Source: an uncultured bacterium (lineage in GTDB: Bacteria > Zhuqueibacterota > QNDG01 > DTFT01). Taken from it: a stretch of 64,000 bases of DNA. Positions 20,141 to 30,710 of the stretch are shown here, piece by piece. Where the stretch lies: NCBI GenBank assembly GCA_963736115.1, contig CAVTNR010000030.1, positions 42,347 to 106,346 on the forward strand. The letters run 5' to 3'. Below the pieces are notes generated by a model. It saw only the letters and a list, made by a program, of their open reading frames with translations, was not told where the DNA came from and searched no databases. Position 1 is the stretch's first letter; each line of letters opens with the position of its first letter. The translations under genes and the position numbers were made by a program.

Positions 20141-20210
20141 ACGCATGGCGCGGAGCGCGCAGCGCAAAACAAGACGCATAGCGCACTGCGCACAGCGTAA
20201 AACAAGACGC
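20141..20210. repeat. GCGCA-type heptamer array
   Basis: GCGCATG/GCGCGGA/GCGCGCA/GCGCAAA units, block repeated twice with AAAACAAGAC. Confidence 0.75.
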
Positions 20211-20266
20211 CCGATGTATCAGTCCATTCATGAAATATGTGCTTTCAGACAATAAAGGAGAAACCC

Positions 20267-21025
20267 ATGAAGCGCATGATTGTCACGACGCTGGTTCTCG
20301 CCTCAGCCCTGGCGGCCTCGGCGGATACCAAAATCCGGCAGAAACATCACAACGACGCGTTTACGGTCATGGGACAGACCCAGGCGGCACGGGATTACGA
20401 GGGGACTCTGTGGTTCGGCCAGGACAGGGCCAGGAATGACATGGACAAGCAATCGATCATCATGCGCATGGACAAGGGGATCGTACTGATCCTGAACCAC
20501 GAGAACAAAACCTGGACGGAACTGCCGATGGACATATCCAAGGCAGTCGCGCAGGCGTCCCGGGAATCCGGGGAGGACGTCCCGGAGGGTCTTCCGGCCG
20601 AGATGCAGGAGATGATGAAGGGCATGTTCAAGAATGTCAAATTTACGGTGACCGAGACGGCTGAAAAAGCCGTGATTAACGGGTGGAACTGCCGCAAATT
20701 TATCCAGAAAGTCGAAGGGGGCATGGCGCCCTCGACATCCGAGGTCTGGGCTTCGATGGACGTGAAACTGGACTACAAAATGATGGCCAAAATGTCCGCA
20801 TCCATGATGGCCATGCAGCCCGGGTTGAAAGAGATGGTCGCGGACATTCAGAAGGAAACCGAGAAAATCAAGGGGATGGCGGTGCGGACGGTCACGGTTT
20901 CGACGGTCATGAACTCCAAAATGAAATCGTCCATCGAGCTGATCGAGGCGAAGAACGACGTGACTCCTCCCGCGGGCATCTACGAGCCGCCGGCCGGGTA
21001 CAAGAAAGCCAAGGGGATGCAGTAA
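20267..21025 (+). CDS. Exported DUF4412-like protein
   Basis: Signal peptide, INGWNCRKF, C-terminal PAGIYEPPAGY; AAGGAG RBS before 20267. Confidence 0.78.
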   Translation: MKRMIVTTLVLASALAASADTKIRQKHHNDAFTVMGQTQAARDYEGTLWFGQDRARNDMDKQSIIMRMDKGIVLILNHENKTWTELPMDISKAVAQASRESGEDVPEGLPAEMQEMMKGMFKNVKFTVTETAEKAVINGWNCRKFIQKVEGGMAPSTSEVWASMDVKLDYKMMAKMSASMMAMQPGLKEMVADIQKETEKIKGMAVRTVTVSTVMNSKMKSSIELIEAKNDVTPPAGIYEPPAGYKKAKGMQ

Positions 21026-21026
21026 G

Positions 21027-21091
21027 AGTTCAAAGTTCAAAGGACACAGGCACTTCTTTCTTTTTGAACTTTGAACTTTAACTTTGAACTT
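21027..21091. repeat. Inverted heptamer arrays (AGTTCAA / TTGAACT)
   Basis: Two forward and three to four reverse units directly after the stop codon. Confidence 0.8.
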
Positions 21092-21101
21092 AAAAAAGTA
21101 T

Positions 21102-21267
21102 GTAGGTCCGAAATGCCGAGCCCGAAGCCTTCATTAAAAATAATCTGTTGTTTGGTCCCGCACAGCGGGAGGCGAGGCTTTCGGACACCTCCATTAAAAT
21201 GTCCGATAGCCTCGCGAAAAAATGCGAGTGCCCCGAAGGGTGCCGCAAAGCGGCATATCGGACCTAC
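21102..21267 (+). repeat. GTAG-type REP doublet, copy A
   Basis: GTAGGTCCGAAATG...CTTTCGGAC...GTCCGATAG...CATATCGGACCTAC. Confidence 0.85.
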
Positions 21268-21281
21268 TTGACAGAGGCTCA

Positions 21282-21809
21282 ATGGATCGAAAATCATTTC
21301 TCCAGCGCACGTTTGGCGCGGGCGCGCTGGCCGCGTGCGGCCTGGCGATGCCGGCCCGGGCCGGTGAGACTGAAAAAACCGGCGATCCTGACGCGGCGTT
21401 CCGTGAAAGCTGGGTCAAAAATTTCCTGAAGAATCTGGACGCGTCCATGAATCCCATGGAACGCGACGCATTCATGGCGGCCAATGGACGGGACTGCGCC
21501 CGCAGATCCGCGATCCGGCTGGCGGAGTCCTGCAAAGGCGACATGGCGGGATTCGCCGAAAAACTCGGCGGATGGGTCGGTAAAGAGAACGTTCAGCTCG
21601 ATGATGGAAAAGTCATCCTCATCTACAAGGAATGCTATTGCCCGATGGTATCGAAGATACAGGAGCGGCTCTCAGACACCTGGTGCGAATGTTCCAGGGG
21701 CTGGGTGGTGCAGATGTTCGAAACCGTCGCGGGCCGGCCGCTGAACGTGACCATCCTATCCTCCATCAAGAGGGGCGATCCGGTCTGCCGATTTGAAGTG
21801 GAAGTCTAA
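21282..21809 (+). CDS. Tat-like exported Cys-rich protein (DUF6144/V4R-like)
   Basis: MDRKSFL signal, GRDCA, ECYCP, WCECSRG, RGDPVCRF. Confidence 0.72.
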   Translation: MDRKSFLQRTFGAGALAACGLAMPARAGETEKTGDPDAAFRESWVKNFLKNLDASMNPMERDAFMAANGRDCARRSAIRLAESCKGDMAGFAEKLGGWVGKENVQLDDGKVILIYKECYCPMVSKIQERLSDTWCECSRGWVVQMFETVAGRPLNVTILSSIKRGDPVCRFEVEV

Positions 21810-21870
21810 CAGACCACGGTTTTAACCGTGGGGCCCACGGCGACAGCCGTGGTGTCCAAAACAAACAAAG

Positions 21871-21910
21871 AACCTCCCGCAGGCATTGAACAGCCCGCGG
21901 GAGGTTTTTT
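21871..21910 (+). terminator. Rho-independent terminator
   Basis: AACCTCCCGCAGGC-loop-GCCCGCGGGAGGTT plus T tract. Confidence 0.75.
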
Positions 21911-21974
21911 GATGCCTCGATGCCGCGGCCCCGGGGCCAAAGGTTTTGCGACCTGCGGCCCCGGGGTCGGCTGT

Positions 21975-22880
21975 TCACCGGGCGGAGAGTATCATGCACA
22001 GCATGCCCGCGAGCACGCCGATCAGGGCGAGCGATTTGAGCCGCACATTGCTGTCGCGGAACAGCAGGCTCCCGACCGTGAAAGACACCAGCACGTCGCT
22101 CCTGCGTATGGCCGAGAGAATCACGATGAGCGCATCCTTCCGGTCGAGGGCGCGGAAATACAGGAAATCCGCGGCAAAGAGAAAAGCGCCGATGGCCGCG
22201 ACGCTCCAGCGCCATTGGAACGGCGTATAACGCCGCCGTCCGGGCACCCAGAAAATGGCCCAGACCGCAGCCAGAATGACGGCCAGGTACACGAAAAACC
22301 AGAACTGAACGGCCATGGGCGAGAGTCCGCGGTTCTGGATGAGATGCTTGTCGTACAGCGTACTGCACGTGCCGATCAGCGTGGAGAGAAACACGAATCC
22401 CACCCATTTGTTCCTGTGCAGGCGCAATCCTTCCCTTCCGCCGATCAGGGAAAACGCGTAATACGATCCGATGACGAGGAAGAATCCGATCCACTGGAGC
22501 CGGGACGGCGCCTCGCGGAAGAGGATGAGCGCGCCCAGCAGAGTCCAGACCGGGGCCGAGGCGCGCACGGGCGAGATCAGCGAAATGGGCAGGTGCTTGA
22601 AGGCGAAATAAGCGAAGATCCACGACAGGGACACGATCGCGGATTTGAGGAAGATCGACGCCTGGTCCGCGGGCCCGAGCAGGGGCACATACAGGCCGTG
22701 CGCCTGCATCCATTCCGGTTTCCAGACGGAGAGCAGGCCCGGCGGGATCATCCAGGCCAGGGCGGACAGAGTGGAGAAAAAGAGAACCGGAATGACCGCA
22801 TTGCCCGAGAGCGCGTGCTTCTTGCTGACGTCGTAAAGGCCCAGGAAGAAGGAGGAGAGGACGCCGAGATAAATCCACAT
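21975..22880 (-). CDS. EamA/DMT family transporter
   Basis: About 10 TM segments, LYDVSKK, two EamA repeats; start MWIYLGV. Confidence 0.85.
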   Translation of the reverse strand: MWIYLGVLSSFFLGLYDVSKKHALSGNAVIPVLFFSTLSALAWMIPPGLLSVWKPEWMQAHGLYVPLLGPADQASIFLKSAIVSLSWIFAYFAFKHLPISLISPVRASAPVWTLLGALILFREAPSRLQWIGFFLVIGSYYAFSLIGGREGLRLHRNKWVGFVFLSTLIGTCSTLYDKHLIQNRGLSPMAVQFWFFVYLAVILAAVWAIFWVPGRRRYTPFQWRWSVAAIGAFLFAADFLYFRALDRKDALIVILSAIRRSDVLVSFTVGSLLFRDSNVRLKSLALIGVLAGMLCMILSAR

Positions 22881-22881
22881 G

Positions 22882-24096
22882 TCAGGAAGCGCCGCCTCCG
22901 GAAGAGCGATGCGGGGGACGGACCCCGGCGGCCCTGTTCCGCTCCGGCGGTCCGTCGACAGCGGTTCCGGTTTCCATCGTGGAACCGCAAGGCCACTGCG
23001 GGTCCGCTTTCCTTGGAATGCTCGGCGGTTCTCCCTCAACCGACAGGGGGTCCACACGGTCCGGCCCGGAGCCCGCGAGCTGTCCGCAGGCCGCGCCGAT
23101 GTCCGCGCCGCGGCTCCAGCGCACGATCACGGGTGACTGGAGCGGCTTGATCCATTCCAGAAATCGCTCCACAGCCTCTTCGTCCGGCCTTTCAAAGCCG
23201 CCGACAGCCGGATTGTACGGAATGAGGTTCACCTTGCAGGGCAGGCCCCGCAGAAGGGCCAGGAGCCGGGTGGCGTCCTCCCGGGAATCGTTCAGCCCCG
23301 CGAAGAGCACGTATTCAAAGGTGACCCTGCGGCCCGGAACGCGGCTGTAGGCCCGGACCGCTTCCATGAGCGCGGCGATCGGGTATTTCCGGTTGACCGG
23401 CATGATCCGGGTCCGCAGGCCGTCCGTCACCGCGTTCAGGGAAACGGCCAGCTTGTACGGCCTGTTCTCCGCCGTGTACCGGAGCAGGCCGGGTATCACG
23501 CCCGCGGTGGAAACCGTGATTTTCCTGTGCCCGATCGCGAGCCCCTCCGGATCGTTCATTACGGCGAGGGCGCCCATCACGGCGTCGTAATTGAGAAAAG
23601 GCTCGCCCATGCCCATGACCACGATATTGGTCGGGGCCGCGCCTGTTTCGCGCCGGACTCCGATCACCTGATCCAGAATTTCCCATGATTCCAGATTCCG
23701 GATGAAACCCAGCCGGCCCGTGGCGCAGAACACGCACCCGAGTCCGCATCCCGCCTGGGACGAGACGCAGACGGTGCGGCGATCGCCTTCCGGAATATAG
23801 ACCGATTCAATGCGGTTCCCGTCCGGGCATTCCCAGAGGAACTTGACCGCGCCCGTGTCCCCGGACCGGTCCGCGGACACCCGCCGGAGGGACCGGATCT
23901 CCGCGGTTGCTTCGAGCCTGGAGCGGAACGCCTTGGAGAGATCAGTCATTTCGGAGAAGGAGGCCGCGCCCCGCTGGATCAGCCATTTCCAAAGCTGGCG
24001 GGCCCGGTAGGGCTTCTCTCCGAGCGCGCTTACCCATTCCTCGAGACCGGCTTGGCCCAGGGCCTTGATGTGCGTCTTTTCCGAGGGCCCGTTCAT
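22882..24096 (-). CDS. rlmN: 23S rRNA m2A2503 methyltransferase RlmN
   Basis: CVSSQAGCGLGCVFCATG, MGMGEP, VNLIPYN, GADIGAACGQL. Confidence 0.95.
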   Translation of the reverse strand: MNGPSEKTHIKALGQAGLEEWVSALGEKPYRARQLWKWLIQRGAASFSEMTDLSKAFRSRLEATAEIRSLRRVSADRSGDTGAVKFLWECPDGNRIESVYIPEGDRRTVCVSSQAGCGLGCVFCATGRLGFIRNLESWEILDQVIGVRRETGAAPTNIVVMGMGEPFLNYDAVMGALAVMNDPEGLAIGHRKITVSTAGVIPGLLRYTAENRPYKLAVSLNAVTDGLRTRIMPVNRKYPIAALMEAVRAYSRVPGRRVTFEYVLFAGLNDSREDATRLLALLRGLPCKVNLIPYNPAVGGFERPDEEAVERFLEWIKPLQSPVIVRWSRGADIGAACGQLAGSGPDRVDPLSVEGEPPSIPRKADPQWPCGSTMETGTAVDGPPERNRAAGVRPPHRSSGGGAS

Positions 24097-26309
24097 TTCA
24101 TCTTCATGACCACGAGGGTCAGGTCATCCGACTGCGATTCCGTTCCGGAGAAACGGACGACCGAATCGAGTATGGATTGCAGTATCGACTCAGCCGGCCG
24201 GTCCACGCAGGCATCCACGGTTTCGAGCAGGCGGGCTTCGCCGTATTCCTCCTCTTCCCGGTTTCTCGCCTCGGTCACGCCGTCCGTGTAGAAAACCAGG
24301 ATGTCGCCCGGCCCCAGCGTGGTCGAGGCCGACCGGTAAGCCGCGTCCTTCACCACGCCGACCACCAGGCCGCCTTCCCGCAGGGGCGAAGGCTTTTTTT
24401 CGCGCTTCCAGTGGTAGGGAAAATTGTGGCCCGCGTTCGTGTACTCGAACGCGTTCGTCTCCGGGTCGAAGACGCCGTAGAATAGAGTGGCGAATTTCTC
24501 GACCGCTGTGGTCTGCACGATCTGGTTGTTCACCACATGCACCGCCTCGGCCGTGGTGCGGGCGTGCATGGCCGAGATCCGGAAAGCGGCCTGAAGATTG
24601 GACATGAGGATGGCGGCCGGCACACCCTTGCCGGAAATGTCGCCGATCACAATGCCCATCCGGTTCCCTTCGAGCGGGATGAAATCGTAGTAATCGCCCC
24701 CCACTTCACGGGAAGGCAGATTGAGCCCGGCCAGCTCGAAATGCCGGCTGTGAGGCCGGGTTTTCGGAAGCAGGTTGCGCTGAATCTCCCGGGCGAGCTG
24801 AAGGTCCTCTTCGATACGCTGTTTCTCCAGCGTCTCGTTGTACAGCCGGGCGTTTTCAACCGCAATGGCGGTCTGGTTCCCCAGCACGGACAGCAGGCTC
24901 AGGTCCTCGGACGTGAACCGGGTACGGGCGACCTTGCGGCCGAGGACCAGGAGACCGACCAGGCGGTCGCGGGCCACCAGGGGAATCAGGAGCGAGGCGT
25001 CCGAGCGCCGCAGGACATCAAGCGCCCGTTCGTCCCGCACCGACTGGGCGAGAAAGTCGAATTCGATCGGGCCGCCGGCCTCCTTGAGACGGTCGATCAC
25101 CTCGGCCTTCGGCTTGAACGAGGGCCCTTCGGCCGCGCCGAAGGGCACGAAGCGGCCGTCGGCCGCGGCATGGAACAGCTCGACGGATTCGACGGACTGT
25201 GATTCCATCAGCGTCCGCGCGACCTTGGCGCGGAGCGCGGCCGGGTCGATGGTGGTGAGGATATCGTGGCTCAGGTCCTTGAGCACGTTGCGGTAGTCCA
25301 TGCGGTCGCGCATGAACAGTTTCTCGATCAGCCGCTCGAACAGGCCCAGCACCGGCTGAAAGAGGAACATGGCGACGAGAATGAACAGAATCTCGAACAC
25401 GGGGATCTCCGCGCCGAAGGCCCGGGCAATCATCGCCTTTCCGACGCGGTAGATCTGCAGGTAGACGCCGACCAGGACGGCGGACGCGAGCGAGAAGACC
25501 AGGCCGCGCCGGATAATGAGCCGGATGTCGAGGAACTGGTAGCGGACGATGGCCCATCCGATGGAACCGCACCCGATGAGCAGGGCCGCGGTGATGAGCG
25601 AGAACTGGGCCGTCCGGGACGTGGCGAAGAGATGCATGGCGGGGAAGAGAATGGCCACCGCGTAGAGCCCCACGCTGGCGCGTATGCCCCAGAGCACGAT
25701 GGCCACCTGGCGCTTGAAGCGGCCTTGCTTCAAGCCGCTGTATCCCAGGGTCAGGAGGATGTTGGCGCCGACGATGTAGAGCAGGTTGATCAGGGCGAAG
25801 AAATTCGCGTGGAACTGGTAAATCAGGCTGAGCAGGTTCAGGAACAGCCCGACCAGGATGACCAGCGGCTGGACCAGGAGGCCGAACCGCTCCGTCAGGC
25901 TGTGCAGGGGCAGGAGGTTCTGGATCTGCTGGGGGCTGGAAAACGCCATGACGAGGCCGAAGTGCACGACATGGGGCAAAAAAATCGCGAACCGGAGGAA
26001 CGGGTGGCGCCGGAACCAGTCCACGGGACGCGGGTACATGGTGGTAAACAGGAACATCTGGGGAAAGAAGAACTCCCAGATGAGGAAGAGCTTGCGGAAC
26101 CAGTTCAAATTGATCTGGACGGCCGACAGGTTCTGGAGCATGAGGCCGAACGCCGCGAACACAGGCGCGGTTCCGGCGAGCATGATCATGATGCCCGTGA
26201 CGCGGTTGAGATGCTGGCGCGGATTCTCCCGGAGAATCACGAGGCCGAACAGCAGAAGGATCACGCCGAGCGTCAGGTAGAACAGGGATGTGACGAGAGC
26301 GAGGGTCAT
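24093..26309 (-). CDS. Membrane-anchored GAF plus SpoIIE/PP2C phosphatase (RsbU-like)
   Basis: Multi-TM N-terminus, GAF, VGGDYYD, GDISGKG, NAGH, YTDGVTE, DDLT. Confidence 0.92.
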   Translation of the reverse strand: MTLALVTSLFYLTLGVILLLFGLVILRENPRQHLNRVTGIMIMLAGTAPVFAAFGLMLQNLSAVQINLNWFRKLFLIWEFFFPQMFLFTTMYPRPVDWFRRHPFLRFAIFLPHVVHFGLVMAFSSPQQIQNLLPLHSLTERFGLLVQPLVILVGLFLNLLSLIYQFHANFFALINLLYIVGANILLTLGYSGLKQGRFKRQVAIVLWGIRASVGLYAVAILFPAMHLFATSRTAQFSLITAALLIGCGSIGWAIVRYQFLDIRLIIRRGLVFSLASAVLVGVYLQIYRVGKAMIARAFGAEIPVFEILFILVAMFLFQPVLGLFERLIEKLFMRDRMDYRNVLKDLSHDILTTIDPAALRAKVARTLMESQSVESVELFHAAADGRFVPFGAAEGPSFKPKAEVIDRLKEAGGPIEFDFLAQSVRDERALDVLRRSDASLLIPLVARDRLVGLLVLGRKVARTRFTSEDLSLLSVLGNQTAIAVENARLYNETLEKQRIEEDLQLAREIQRNLLPKTRPHSRHFELAGLNLPSREVGGDYYDFIPLEGNRMGIVIGDISGKGVPAAILMSNLQAAFRISAMHARTTAEAVHVVNNQIVQTTAVEKFATLFYGVFDPETNAFEYTNAGHNFPYHWKREKKPSPLREGGLVVGVVKDAAYRSASTTLGPGDILVFYTDGVTEARNREEEEYGEARLLETVDACVDRPAESILQSILDSVVRFSGTESQSDDLTLVVMKMK

Positions 26310-26761
26310 GTCGGCCGGTTTTTCAGCCGGAGTGCCATGCGCACCACGGTCCCCTCCGGCGTGAACTGAAAGTCCACGCGGTCCATGAGGCTCTTCAGGA
26401 TGAAGATGCCCCGGCCGCTTTCCTTCATCAGATTTTCAGGGAGCAGGGGGTCGGACAAGACGGCCGGATCGAAGCCCCGGCCCTCGTCCGACACTTCGAT
26501 GGTCAGGAATCCGGCCGCGACACTGAATGCGATGCGGACGCGCTTTTCGGGGTCGCTTCCGTTGCCGTGGATGATGGCGTTACCGACCGCTTCGGTCACC
26601 GCGATGGCGAGGTTGTCGAGCTCCTCCTGGGAGAGGCAGTACACCGCCGCGACTTTTTCGGCCATGCGCTCGATCCGGCCCAGCTGTTCCAGCCGGCTGG
26701 GGATTTCGACGGCAAATCCCTTGCCGTCCGGGCTTTTCCATTTTTCCCTGAGGCTGCTCAT
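26306..26761 (-). CDS. RsbW-like anti-sigma factor / Ser kinase
   Basis: EAVGNAIIHGN, DEGRGF, SGRGIFIL, LMD. Confidence 0.9.
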   Translation of the reverse strand: MSSLREKWKSPDGKGFAVEIPSRLEQLGRIERMAEKVAAVYCLSQEELDNLAIAVTEAVGNAIIHGNGSDPEKRVRIAFSVAAGFLTIEVSDEGRGFDPAVLSDPLLPENLMKESGRGIFILKSLMDRVDFQFTPEGTVVRMALRLKNRPT

Positions 26762-28740
26762 GGCCTCCAGCTCATATTGAGTTCCAATCGGGTCAGGCGC
26801 TGGGTTTTCGCGCCCAGATTGCGGGTCCGTGTCAGGCCCGCGAATGCGGATACGGCCAGCCGGCCGCCGGCATAAGCCACTTTCAAGACCGGTCCGTCGT
26901 TACGAAAATGGAGATTCAGCTCCCTTCCGGCCGCCGCGGGCGCGGCCGAGCCGGTTGCCGGCTTGAACCGCCATCCCTTTCTGCGGTATACGGAATAACC
27001 CGGCATGAGATGCCATCCCTCGGCCGGCCGGTGGTCCAGTACCACGGATCCCGTCCAGCTCTGACGGTCCGCGAGGCGCTGTTCCATCCAGCGTTTCCAA
27101 AGCAGTTTTCCGTTTTCGTCCAGATCCAGCCGGACATTGGCGAAGATGCCGGTCCGCTCCGAGGCTTCCACCCGAATCGAATCGTCCAGCCGGAAAGCGC
27201 GGTACAGGTAGCTTCGGATGCCGGTGGACGGCTCCTCGAAATCATAGGCCATGGTGTTGATCAGCACTTCCGCGGACTGGCTGGCCCGGAAGCGGGGCGA
27301 CGGCCGCCAGCGCAGTTCGGGATTCAGCCTGAGGATGCGGATGCGGCTGTTGTCCGCGCTGCGTTTCGCCCGGATATACACCTGGTGCAGGCTGTGAAAC
27401 GAGAGCGACGTCCGGAGGGACAGATCCCCGGTGAAATTGTGCAGGACCAGCAGATCCGAACCGAACCGGAGTTCGTCCCGGTCATCCGCGTTGGCCGCGT
27501 CCGGCGTGTCGTACTGAAGCCGTTCCAGGCTCGAGCGGAAAGAGACGGAATCGGACGCGGAAACCCGGGCGGCCAGCCGGAGCCAGGCCGCATTCACGCG
27601 GCTCCGGTTGTCCGGCGCGTCGGTCAGGCCGGAGAACGGGGAGCCCGGCCGGCCCTGGGCGATCCAGTAGTCCTGGTCGTTCTGCGCCGACCGGTATCCG
27701 GTTTCGGCCCTGAACACGCGGCCGGTCCAGAGAAATTCAGCCGAACCCGACGCGCCGAAATCATTCCGCTCGCGTTCCCGCACCGACCGGCCGCCGGTGC
27801 GGTCCCGTATGGTCAGGACGCGGTCCCGAACCTCGCCTTCGACGCGGACTTGGGCCCGGCGCGACAGCCGGTAGGTCAGCACATTGGCCGCCTCGCGCGC
27901 CGTTTCTCCGCGGCTTTCCACGTCGCCCGTGGCGGACACGTAGTAATCCCTTCTCTGGGACCGGACGGACACGCGGAGGGAATCGGCCGTGCCCGGATCG
28001 AATGTCCTGCTGATTCCGGCCGTCCAGTTCAGATCGCCGTTCCTGCGGGGCCCGAGATCGTCCGAACGGAAACGGACCGAACCATCGCCGGAATAATCCG
28101 CGAAGCCGAAGCGCGAAAGGCCACATCCGGCCGCGGCCGTGAGCCCGCGGTCCGTGCGGCCGAACCGTTCATCTTCCATGACGCCGATCGAGGCCGGCAG
28201 GGACAGAATGCCCGCGGACGCGTCGAGTCCGACGGACATCTGCCGGGTGCGCATGTCGTTCATGTAGCCCGACTGCTTGTCCGAAATGAGCCGGCTGTCG
28301 CCCCGCACCTGCATCCGCAGAAAGGGGAAAAACAGACGGCCGGCTCCGAACGACAGTTCGTGCCTGTCCTTCCACTTGTCGTTCTTCGAATCGACGGCGA
28401 GCCGCGAGGACGACCAGACATCGGACAGCCAGACCGTGTTCCGGCCGGATGTCCGGCCCACGTTCAGGACGGTCTGCCAGTCGTCGGTGTTCAGGCCCTT
28501 CTGGTAGCGGGTGAATAGGGAATCGTCGCGTACGGACGGGCCGGGGCCGAGAACTGCGGCCGCGGAAGACGTGTCCGGGGCAATGCCGCAGCGGGCTTCG
28601 GAGGGCAAAATTCCCGCGGACAGAACCGCGAGAACGGCCGCACATGCGGACCGGAGCCCGGTTTTCAAGCCGGCGGAAGGACCGCAAGCACGGCGGTGTC
28701 GGAGAAGGACCGAAAAGCGGGATTGCGGCTTCATGCGCAT
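26758..28740 (-). CDS. Hypothetical exported protein, probable outer-membrane beta-barrel (start uncertain)
   Basis: Long ORF coupled to rsbW; amphipathic strands; LQYDTP...DDRDE motif; ends MSWRP. Confidence 0.65.
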   Translation of the reverse strand: MRMKPQSRFSVLLRHRRACGPSAGLKTGLRSACAAVLAVLSAGILPSEARCGIAPDTSSAAAVLGPGPSVRDDSLFTRYQKGLNTDDWQTVLNVGRTSGRNTVWLSDVWSSSRLAVDSKNDKWKDRHELSFGAGRLFFPFLRMQVRGDSRLISDKQSGYMNDMRTRQMSVGLDASAGILSLPASIGVMEDERFGRTDRGLTAAAGCGLSRFGFADYSGDGSVRFRSDDLGPRRNGDLNWTAGISRTFDPGTADSLRVSVRSQRRDYYVSATGDVESRGETAREAANVLTYRLSRRAQVRVEGEVRDRVLTIRDRTGGRSVRERERNDFGASGSAEFLWTGRVFRAETGYRSAQNDQDYWIAQGRPGSPFSGLTDAPDNRSRVNAAWLRLAARVSASDSVSFRSSLERLQYDTPDAANADDRDELRFGSDLLVLHNFTGDLSLRTSLSFHSLHQVYIRAKRSADNSRIRILRLNPELRWRPSPRFRASQSAEVLINTMAYDFEEPSTGIRSYLYRAFRLDDSIRVEASERTGIFANVRLDLDENGKLLWKRWMEQRLADRQSWTGSVVLDHRPAEGWHLMPGYSVYRRKGWRFKPATGSAAPAAAGRELNLHFRNDGPVLKVAYAGGRLAVSAFAGLTRTRNLGAKTQRLTRLELNMSWRP

Positions 28741-28816
28741 ACCGGTCCGGCGGGTTCCGGACTCGCCTAGCGGCTCGCCCGGAGGCTCGCCCTCAGGCGC
28801 GTCCGCCGCTGCGGGG

Positions 28817-29110
28817 TCAGTTCTTCTGATCCTTGGGAACCACGCGGTAGACCTTCTCGTCCTTTTTCGACATGCCGTACTCTTCCCGCGCGATTTTTTC
28901 TACAACGGCCGGATCGTCGAGCGATTTTTTCTCCGCCTCCAGCCGCTTTTTCTCCTCCTCCAGAGCCCGGATCTCCGCCTCAATGGCGCGGCGTTCCATC
29001 CGGACCCGCGCCTGCCGCCAGCAGCCGCGTTGTCCCGAGAAGAGAAATATGAGGAGGGCCAGCGAGCCGATGACGACCCACGTGACCCTCCTCTTCTGTT
29101 TCACGTTCAA
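28817..29110 (-). CDS. ftsB: Septum formation initiator FtsB/DivIC
   Basis: One TM segment, coiled coil, EKIAREEYGM; follows eno. Confidence 0.85.
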   Translation of the reverse strand: MNVKQKRRVTWVVIGSLALLIFLFSGQRGCWRQARVRMERRAIEAEIRALEEEKKRLEAEKKSLDDPAVVEKIAREEYGMSKKDEKVYRVVPKDQKN

Positions 29111-29126
29111 CTGAGTTCCGCCCGTG

Positions 29127-30509
<1,383 letters not shown>

Positions 30510-30566
30510 TTAGGGAGAATTGCAACAGAAAAGCGGAGGGGAAAGGGGTAAAATACGGGGCAGGAG

Positions 30567-30599
30567 ACGCTCCGGGAGGTTGACAACCTCCCGGAGCGT
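30567..30599. repeat. Perfect 16-bp inverted repeat
   Basis: ACGCTCCGGGAGGTTG-A-CAACCTCCCGGAGCGT. Confidence 0.8.
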
Positions 30600-30613
30600 G
30601 GTGCGGTAGCCAT

Positions 30614-30710
30614 GTAGGTCCGATATGCCCCGGCCGCACGGCCGGGGCTATCGGACAACCTGCCGCTGATGTCCGAAAGGTCCCGCAAGGCGGGACCATT
30701 TCGGACCTAC
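30614..30710 (-). repeat. GTAG-type REP doublet, copy B
   Basis: Same four conserved blocks as copy A in reverse orientation; its GTAG supplies the TAG stop of the DUF92 gene. Confidence 0.85.

Noticed and set aside
21037-21297. Short ORFs over repeat regions (e.g. 21071..21271, 30669..30878, 33671..34015, 45621..45812) sharing peptides such as MSERSRKAGPFRTY
   Set aside because: Shared peptides are simply translations of the REP doublet
22882-23070. ~60-aa C-terminal extension of RlmN
   Set aside because: Low-complexity Pro/Gly-rich tail; likely stop drift or an indel, with no domain evidence
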